In this document: one piece after another, positions 57,218-64,000 of the stretch
Layout of the letters: each line of letters starts with the position of its first letter
Numbering within the stretch: position 1 is the first letter of the stretch
Origin: Thermoanaerobaculia bacterium
Lineage (GTDB): Bacteria; Acidobacteriota; Thermoanaerobaculia; Multivoradales; Multivoraceae
DNA: 64,000 nucleotides
Assembly (NCBI GenBank): GCA_963664405.1
Contig: OY761158.1
Coordinates: forward strand, 2,912,001-2,976,000
Reading direction: 5' to 3'
The notes under the pieces: model-generated
The model's database searches: none
Seen by the model: only the letters and a program-made list of their open reading frames with translations
What the model was told of the DNA's origin: nothing
Translations under genes and position numbers: made by a program

Positions 57218-58729
57218 CTAGCGAAAGACCCGGAACCAGAGGTCGAAGATCTTGCGCACCGTGGGCGTCAGCTTTCCTTTGCGCCACTGGTTTGCCGCCT
57301 TGCGCATGGCCTCGCCTTGGGTCGGGTAGGGGTGGATGGTCGAAGCGATCTTGCCCAGACCGATCTTATGAGTGATCGCGAGGCAGAGCTCGCCGATCAT
57401 GTCGCCGGCGTGCTCGGCCACCAGAGTGGCCCCGAGAATCTGGTCGCTCCCAGCCTTTAGGATCACTCGCAAGAATCCGTCCGCCTCGCCGTCGAGAACC
57501 GCCCGGTCCACTTCGGAGAAGGGGACGGTGATCACTTGGGTTTCGTGTCCCTGCGCCTTGGCGTCCTTCTCATAGAGCCCGACGTGGGCGATCTCCGGAC
57601 TGGTATAGGTACACCATGGAACGACCAGGTTGGTGTGGCGGCTACGGCCGAAGAAAAAGGCGTTCTGGATGACGATTCCGGCGTGGGCGTCGGCGAGGTG
57701 GGTGAACTTGAGGAGCGGTGCAATGTCTCCGGCGGCGTAGATCCGGCGGTTGGTCGTGCGCAGGTTGCCACCAACTTTGACGCCCGTGCGGTCGTACTCG
57801 ACGCCCGCAGCCTCGAGACCCAGACCCTCGACATTGGGTGCCCGGCCCACCGCCACCAAGAGTTGATCGGCCGCCAGCTCTTGGCTCTCGCCATCGAGCT
57901 CGAAGGCGACGACCTTTTCAACCCCTCTTCCCTCAATGCCGAGGATCTTGGCGCCGAGTGCGAGGCGAACGCCCTCTGCCGCCATCTGGCGCTGCACTAC
58001 TTCGGCGGCGTCGGGGTCTTCGCGAATGAGAATCTGAGATGCCATGTCGAAAAGGGTGACCTCCGAGCCGAAACGGGAGAAGGTCTGGGCCATCTCACAG
58101 CCGATCGGGCCGGCGCCGATGATGGCGAAGCGCCTGGGCAGCTCGGTGAGCGAGAAGATCGACTCGTTAGTCAGATATCGGACCTGATCGAGCCCGGGGA
58201 TCGGCGGAGCCGCGGCGCGGGCGCCGGTGGCGATGACGGCGCGTCTGAAGTGGAGCTCAGTACCGTCGACTTGTGCTGTTGCGGGACCGGTGAAGCTGCC
58301 GTGACCGAGGAAGACGTCGACACCGAGATCGCGAAAACGAGCTGCCCCGTCGACCGCGCTGATGCCTGCGCGAAGGCGGCGCATCCGTTCCATCGCGCGA
58401 CCGAAGTCGCCGGGCTCCCGAGCGACCGGAGCCCCGAGCTCTTCTCCGGCGCGGGCGGCGTGCCAGGCGCGGGCGGCGCTGATGACACCCTTGGAGGGTA
58501 CGCAGCCGACGTTCAGGCAGTCACCACCCATGAGGTGACGCTCAACCAGGGCGACTTTGGCGCCGAGGCCGGCCGCTACGACTGCGCTTACCAGCCCGGC
58601 GGTACCGGCACCGATGACGACGAGGTGATAGCGGTCGGCCGCCTTGGGGTTGGTCCAATCAGGAGGGTGGACATTCGCCTCCAGCTCTTGGTTGAACTCG
58701 TCGAAGGGCTCGAGAGCCGGCTCAGTCAT
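57218..58729 (-). CDS. Pyridine nucleotide-disulphide oxidoreductase (MerA/Lpd-like, lacks MerA C-terminal Cys-Cys)
   Basis: GAGTAG, GGDCLNVGCVPSK, GAGPIGCE, IHPYPT. Confidence 0.9.
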   Translation of the reverse strand: MTEPALEPFDEFNQELEANVHPPDWTNPKAADRYHLVVIGAGTAGLVSAVVAAGLGAKVALVERHLMGGDCLNVGCVPSKGVISAARAWHAARAGEELGAPVAREPGDFGRAMERMRRLRAGISAVDGAARFRDLGVDVFLGHGSFTGPATAQVDGTELHFRRAVIATGARAAAPPIPGLDQVRYLTNESIFSLTELPRRFAIIGAGPIGCEMAQTFSRFGSEVTLFDMASQILIREDPDAAEVVQRQMAAEGVRLALGAKILGIEGRGVEKVVAFELDGESQELAADQLLVAVGRAPNVEGLGLEAAGVEYDRTGVKVGGNLRTTNRRIYAAGDIAPLLKFTHLADAHAGIVIQNAFFFGRSRHTNLVVPWCTYTSPEIAHVGLYEKDAKAQGHETQVITVPFSEVDRAVLDGEADGFLRVILKAGSDQILGATLVAEHAGDMIGELCLAITHKIGLGKIASTIHPYPTQGEAMRKAANQWRKGKLTPTVRKIFDLWFRVFR

Positions 58730-59447
58730 CGGTGGCCTCCTTCAGTGCGCGCGAGGCGATGCGGGTAACGAGGGTGGTGACGACGATCGTCGCCACCAGG
58801 CCGAGGCCCAGGGTCACGTAATGAGCTGTGCCACGTTCGGGGGCCGCGCCGCCGGCCAATGCCGCTACGTCGCCGACGACCTTGCCGTAGTAAACGTACA
58901 GCAGCGTGCCGGGGAGCATGCCGAGGCACGCCAGCGCGTAATCGGCGAGCCGGACTTTGGTCAGGCCGAGGCCATAGTTGAGAAGTACGAACGGGAAGAT
59001 CGGCGAGAGCCGAAGTAGGAAGACGATCTTGCGCCCCTCAGCGCCCACCGCCTTGTCGATGGCCGCGAAGCGCGGGTGCCCGGCGAGCTTCTTTTCGATC
59101 GTCTGCCTTGCCAGGTAGCGGGCTACCAGGAAAGCCGCGATCGCTCCCAGAGTGGCGCCGAGGAAGACGTAGATGGTGCCTTGCGCCAGCCCGAACACGG
59201 CGCCACCAGCAAGAGTCAGGAGCGAGCCGGGAATGAAGGCCACGGTGGCCACGGCATAACCGAGGATGTAGACGAGCGGGCCAAGAAAGCCAAGGCCGTC
59301 CACCCACTCGGCGAAGAGGGGAATGTAGCTCCCCGCTCGGCGAGCGACAATGAAGAGCAGAAATGCGGCAGCTACGGCCGCTAGCAGGCGGGTCGCGCGC
59401 AAGAGCACGCCGCTTGATTGCTCAGGGACCGCTTCGCTTTGCGACAT
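58722..59447 (-). CDS. TVP38/TMEM64 (DedA-superfamily) membrane protein
   Basis: PGSLLTLAGG, LLRLSPIFPFVLLNYGLG. Confidence 0.92.
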   Translation of the reverse strand: MSQSEAVPEQSSGVLLRATRLLAAVAAAFLLFIVARRAGSYIPLFAEWVDGLGFLGPLVYILGYAVATVAFIPGSLLTLAGGAVFGLAQGTIYVFLGATLGAIAAFLVARYLARQTIEKKLAGHPRFAAIDKAVGAEGRKIVFLLRLSPIFPFVLLNYGLGLTKVRLADYALACLGMLPGTLLYVYYGKVVGDVAALAGGAAPERGTAHYVTLGLGLVATIVVTTLVTRIASRALKEATDD

Positions 59448-59464
59448 CTCGATCTCCTAGCTAG

Positions 59465-61175
59465 TTCTCGTCCGGAATCGTGTAAGTTGTTTTGCGTCAG
59501 TGGCTTGCGAGGGAGGCAGGGCTGGTAATTCTCCGCGGAGCTTGATAGAGTCTAGGTGACGAAACCGTTGATTCTAAATAGCTTACGCCGAGAAGGAGCC
59601 AGCCCGAGATGCGACAAGCCGTCAGTATTCAGCCTGATCTCACCGAAAAGTGGCTCGATCTGGACCATGCCAAAGAACTCGAAGCGATCTCTCGCCTCCT
59701 CGACAGGGATCCTAGAATCTACGAGCTTGCGTGGCAAGACCTGCAGCTACAGGCTGGAGGCAAAGGCCAGAGCACCGGGGCGCGAGGCATGTCGGGCGAG
59801 CAGGTGGTCCGGGCCCTGATCGTGAAGCAGATGGGCGGTTTCAGTTATTCGGAGCTCGCCTTCCACCTTGAGGATTCCCGTAGCTACCGGACCTTCTGCC
59901 GCCTCGGCCTCGTCGGGTGGACGCCGAAGAAGTCGACGCTGGCCCAGAACATCAAGGCACTGACGTGCGCCACCCTGGAGGCGATTCACAAGCGAATCGT
60001 GGCCCTGGCACTCGACACGGGAGTGGAGCGAGGCAACAGAGTCCGGGTGGACGCCACCGTGGTGGAGTCCAACATCCATCATCCGACCGACTCCGAGCTG
60101 CTCTGGGATTGCGTTCGGGTGCTTACCCGATTGCTCGCAAGGGCGCGAGGCCTGCTGGGCAGCGAGCACTTCTCGTTCCGCGACCGATCGCGGCAAGCCA
60201 AGAGGCGGCGCAAGAAGATCAACGACCCGCGCACCAAGGATATGCGGCTCCAGCCCTACCGCGACCTGATCCAGATCACCGAGAAAGTCCAAGATTCAGC
60301 CAAGGCGGCCCGGAATGTGCTCGCCAAGCAGGGGCCTTCCCAGGAATCCGGCGCCCGTGGACTCCTCGAGGAGCTCGACTGTTTCCTCGAGCGCACCGCC
60401 ACGGTCATCGACCCGACACGCCGTAGAATTCTCGACGGCGAAACGGTCCCCGCGAGCGAGAAGATCGTCTCGATCTTCGAGGAGCACACCGCGATCATTC
60501 GCAAAGACGCCAGAGAAACGCTCTACGGCCACAAGGTCTGCCTCACCGCCGGCTCCTCGTCCCTTGTCCTGGATCTCGTGATCCTCCAGGGAAACCCGCC
60601 CGACTCCAGCCTCGCCACGACCATGGTCCAGCGCCACATCGCCAACCATAGCCAACCCCCGCGCCAGATCGCCTTCGACGGCGGGTTCGCCTCCAAAGCC
60701 AATCTCGAAGAGATCAAGCAGATGGGAGTGCACGATGTCGTCTTCAGCAAGGGCCGGGGCCTTCAGGTCAGTGACATGGCCCAGAGCTCCTGGGTCTACA
60801 AGCGGCTGCGCGACTTTCGCGCCGGTATCGAAGGCATCATCTCCTTTCTCAAACGCGCCTTTGGACTCAAGCGATGCACTTGGAGATCCTGGCCTTCCTT
60901 CCAGAGCTACGCTTGGGCGAGTGTGATCACCAGCAACCTCCTCGTCACCGCAAGGCACCTCATCAACTGAAATAGGGCATCGCACACCGTTCGATTCACC
61001 CCCAGCACTGCTGGAGAAACGGAGCACCAACCCCGCAATACGCCGTCAAAGCAGCCGAGCCTTCCTGATCCAGCGAACCAGGTACAGAAAACCTGGAATC
61101 GCACGCAACAGGCCTCGAAAAAAAGCTCGATGAGACCCGGACACCACTCTATTTCGTCCGTTTCCGGACACGACA
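59465..61175 (+). mobile_element. ISNCY/IS5-like insertion sequence flanked by CTAG
   Basis: CTAG at 59461-59464 and 61176-61179; ends TTCTCGTCCGGAA vs (rc) TGTCGTGTCCGGAA. Confidence 0.75.
59609..60970 (+). CDS. DDE transposase (ISNCY/IS5-like)
   Basis: VRVDATVVESNIHHPTDS, KIVSIFE, FDGGFAS, RAGIEGIISFLKR. Confidence 0.92.
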   Translation: MRQAVSIQPDLTEKWLDLDHAKELEAISRLLDRDPRIYELAWQDLQLQAGGKGQSTGARGMSGEQVVRALIVKQMGGFSYSELAFHLEDSRSYRTFCRLGLVGWTPKKSTLAQNIKALTCATLEAIHKRIVALALDTGVERGNRVRVDATVVESNIHHPTDSELLWDCVRVLTRLLARARGLLGSEHFSFRDRSRQAKRRRKKINDPRTKDMRLQPYRDLIQITEKVQDSAKAARNVLAKQGPSQESGARGLLEELDCFLERTATVIDPTRRRILDGETVPASEKIVSIFEEHTAIIRKDARETLYGHKVCLTAGSSSLVLDLVILQGNPPDSSLATTMVQRHIANHSQPPRQIAFDGGFASKANLEEIKQMGVHDVVFSKGRGLQVSDMAQSSWVYKRLRDFRAGIEGIISFLKRAFGLKRCTWRSWPSFQSYAWASVITSNLLVTARHLIN

Positions 61176-61179
61176 CTAG

Positions 61180-61365
61180 CCTTTTCAGCGATGTGGCGGA
61201 GGATCTTGGTGACAGCTTGAGGATCAAGGATGAAGGAGATGATCCTCATCTGGGCCCAGGCTCGTCGCAGCCGTCCGACCTCTTCGAGGATCTCCTCCCG
61301 GAGGAGAGCACCGAAGATCGCCGCTCGCTTGGCAGCGCACGAAGGGCAAAAGACCCGGCGACTAT
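61180..61365 (-). pseudogene. Internally deleted IS91-family transposase relic
   Basis: RRVFCPSCAAKRA (zinc-binding N-part) fused almost directly to the C-terminal MRIISFILDPQAVTKILRH; no HUH/Tyr core. Confidence 0.65.
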
Positions 61366-62136
61366 AGGAGATCCACTCCGGGTCTCTTTTTCTCCTCCAG
61401 AGCCCGGTTCGGTAGCCCGCGTCCAGTGCAGTTACCAACACCGCAACGTACACAACCAAACTAAGCCAGATCGGCAGCTCAAGGACGAAGGGAGTGCTCA
61501 AATATCGAAGTCCACTGGGTATCGTCGGCGCGCCTCTCCTCGATGACGCTTGAAGGCCGCAATGCCTGGTTCTAGAGCCATGGGCAAAACAATACCGCAC
61601 GGGCTACAAGCCGGTCCAGTAGAGGGCTGTCGCCAATAGATGCCGGTCGGGGCCGCCGACGCTCGCAGAGCTTGAAGCCGGGCGTCGGACCGACCTGCCC
61701 ACGCTAGCTACTCGACCACGCTTCAGTGGGCGGGGACGAGGCACTTCAGCTTCTCGGTCACCTTGTCACCGAGATTCTCTCCTTTCTCAGCGAGCATACC
61801 GCCCGACCGTATTTCGGACGACACCCGTGGTCGCGCGCCATGCACCAAAGCGTCGGTGATGCGATGTATGCTCGCCACTTCATGACTTGTCCACCACTCC
61901 CCAGGCTGCTGCGGCTGAGCACAACCGCAGTTGGCCTCTCGCTCGCGCTCGGCTGGGTATGGCAGGCACAGCTCTATCAGCCGCCTACGCACATCCCGGT
62001 AGACATCGTCTACCAGTACCGGCGCCAGTACACCCCGGGTCAGATCCAACCCGGATGGCGGCTGTTGTCGGTCGGGCGTCGCGCCGAGATACGCTGAAAG
62101 CGTGGCGGCGAGCTGCTTATCCTCGAGCCCGGTAGA

Positions 62137-63708
62137 ATGCTGAGAGAGCTCAACCTGCGACTCTCACAGCGGATCGTGGCCCTACGCGGTCGAGGACTGA
62201 GCATGGCCGAGCAGGAAGCGGTCGAGGGGATCCATCTCCGCCGCATCGGACCCAAAGAGGCGCTTCTGGTCAGCGCGCTCACTGCCATCGCTCTTGCTCT
62301 GCGCCTTCCGGGTCTCGACAGCGGTCTATGGCTCGACGAGATCCTCTCTCTGCTCGAGTCCTATCGTATGCCCCTTGGCACCGTGGTGAAGGTCTTCCCC
62401 GGCGACACGCAACACCCGCTCTATGCCGTCTCCACGAACATCAGCGTGATGGCGTTCGGCGAGGCCAACTGGGTCCTCCGTCTGCCAGCCCTCCTCTTCG
62501 GCGTCGCTACCGTCCCGCTGCTCTACATCTTCGCCAGAGCCGTGACCAGCCGACGGGAGGCCGCCTTCGCCTCCATCCTGCTGACCGTGTCCTACCACCA
62601 CGTGTGGTTCTCCCAGAACGCCAGGGGTTACACCATGCTCGCGTTCTGGACGCTGCTCTGCAGTCTGCTGCTGTGGCACGGACTCGACGCCGGAAGCTGG
62701 CCGATCTGGGCCGGCTACGGTACCGCCGCGGCCTTCGGAATGTATACCCACCTCACCATGGTCTTCGTCGTCGCCAGCCACGCTCTCGTTGCCCTCTTCG
62801 TTCCGGCGCGCTCGGATGTTGGTGGTGGTTTCAGCCGGAGGGGCCCTGTTCTGGGCCTCGCTCTCGCCGGCTTGCTCTCGCTCCTCCTCTACTCCCCGAT
62901 GATCACCCAGGTTCTCGACTTCTTCTTGAACCAACCCTCCGATATGACATCCCTCTCGACCCCGGGTTGGGCTCTCGCAGAGGCGGTGCGGGTCCTCGAG
63001 AGCGGGCTGGGAATCTCGGCCCTCGTGGTCGCCGTCGCCACCGGGCTCTGGGGGGTGGCGAGCTACGCCCGCAGCAATCGACTGGCACTCTCTCTCTATC
63101 TCCTGCCTGCCCTTCTTCTCGCCGCCGGATCCATGCTCGGTCGCGGGACGCTCTACCCCCGCTTCTTCTTCGCGCTTGCCGGCTTCGGCATTCTCATCAC
63201 CGTTCGTGGCATCGCTGATCTCGGCGGATGGCTCGGCGAGGGCGTGGCCTCACGGAGCCACCATCGACGAGTGGGCGACACTGTGGCAACGGCACTTCTC
63301 GTCGGATTGGTCGTCGCCTCCGCCATCAGCCTGCCGCGCAACTACCTCCTGCCGAAGCAGGATTTCGAGGGAGCAGCACGCTGGGTAACGCGCAACGCAC
63401 TCTCGACCGACATCATCATCACCGCCGGCGTGGCGATCGTGCCCTATCGCGACTACCTCTCGAAGCCATGGATCTTCCTCGGGCACGGCGAGGGACATCG
63501 CGTACAAGAGCTGCGCGAAGCAGGCCACCGCGTCTGGGTGATCTACACCCTCCCGCGCTATCTGCGCAGATCTCATCCACGACTCTGGGACCTCCTCGAA
63601 GAAGGATGCAGCGACGAGAGACGTTTCAGAGGTACGCTGGGTGGCGGCGACATCGTCGTCTGCACCCTCGAGCCACTGAGCCTGCCAGGTGAGCCCCTCA
63701 CGCCATAG
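62137..63708 (+). CDS. GT39/ArnT-like (GT-C) membrane glycosyltransferase
   Basis: LWLDE, HPLY, LRLPALLFG, SQNARGY, YTH; many TM segments. Confidence 0.88.
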   Translation: MLRELNLRLSQRIVALRGRGLSMAEQEAVEGIHLRRIGPKEALLVSALTAIALALRLPGLDSGLWLDEILSLLESYRMPLGTVVKVFPGDTQHPLYAVSTNISVMAFGEANWVLRLPALLFGVATVPLLYIFARAVTSRREAAFASILLTVSYHHVWFSQNARGYTMLAFWTLLCSLLLWHGLDAGSWPIWAGYGTAAAFGMYTHLTMVFVVASHALVALFVPARSDVGGGFSRRGPVLGLALAGLLSLLLYSPMITQVLDFFLNQPSDMTSLSTPGWALAEAVRVLESGLGISALVVAVATGLWGVASYARSNRLALSLYLLPALLLAAGSMLGRGTLYPRFFFALAGFGILITVRGIADLGGWLGEGVASRSHHRRVGDTVATALLVGLVVASAISLPRNYLLPKQDFEGAARWVTRNALSTDIIITAGVAIVPYRDYLSKPWIFLGHGEGHRVQELREAGHRVWVIYTLPRYLRRSHPRLWDLLEEGCSDERRFRGTLGGGDIVVCTLEPLSLPGEPLTP

Positions 63709-63840
63709 AGAAGAGAAGCGCCTGGGGCCGAAAGCCCGACCCGCGCTGCGCCTGGGCGCGAGCGCCGCGGTCCCGGCTGCGCTCATCGCCGCTGTGCCAC
63801 GGGCGGAGCTCGCATTGCACCCGCCTCGAGAGGTCGGTGG

Positions 63841-64000
63841 ATGAGGCCTCGCTCCTTCGCCAAGCCGGGCCTCGTCATTCTGAGTCTCGTCCTTGTCTTT
63901 ACCATCTGCGAGCTCAGTCTGCGCAGTTGGGACGCCTTCAAGGCACGCCGCGGAGAAATGTGGGCGCTCTACGACGAGGAGCTCGGCTATCGTCTCAACC
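63841..64000 (+). CDS. Membrane-anchored protein, partial (possibly SGNH/GDSL type)
   Basis: MRPRSFAKPGLVILSLVLVFTICELSLR...YDEELGYRLN; runs off the window end. Confidence 0.55.
   Translation, partial: MRPRSFAKPGLVILSLVLVFTICELSLRSWDAFKARRGEMWALYDEELGYRLN

Noticed and set aside
57218-58729. Mercuric reductase merA
   Set aside because: No C-terminal Cys-Cys pair, no NmerA domain and no mer genes; paired with a TVP38/DedA gene instead
61723-62135. Short ORFs upstream of the GT39 gene
   Set aside because: No recognisable family; conflicting overlapping frames
5201-63786. Numerous long Arg/Pro/Ala-rich alternative-frame and antisense ORFs in the track
   Set aside because: Expected shadows of real genes in high-GC DNA; they lack motifs and overlap confident CDSs

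Overview
GC-rich bacterial chromosomal window. Gene content (ECF sigma/anti-sigma, Ser/Thr kinase-TPR, PilZ, homodimeric-type GlyRS, outer-membrane barrels) suggests a diderm such as an Acidobacterium, but this is inference only. 1-9.3 kb is an accessory island with an IS6 end, four toxin-antitoxin loci (one higBA reduced to higA plus a higB stump), two outer-membrane barrel genes and a complete 3390-bp four-ORF IS21-family element with 5-bp TSD. It is followed by an MscS/membrane-ATPase/MscK-like cluster, mltF-like and ddl. Next is a PilZ gene split by a ~477-bp transposase-less MITE (25-bp perfect IRs, 6-bp TSD) that is itself split by an IS256 (8-bp TSD). The rest is mostly housekeeping: glyQS, UbiD family, ggt/ybdK/gshB, add, trmL, an egtD-betaine ABC-MaoC-solA operon, pcnB, frdABCD, then an ISNCY/IS5-like element and an IS91 relic. 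The most unusual structure is two four-helix-bundle (23S rRNA-IVP/Avd-like) gene cassettes. Each sits between convergent genes and is bracketed by mutually complementary 7-mer or 8-mer tandem-repeat arrays that abut or supply the neighbours' stop codons. Three genes have single-base frameshifts in short homopolymers, probably sequencing errors. No rRNA, tRNA or CRISPR array was recognised. All family calls come from motif recognition, not database searches.
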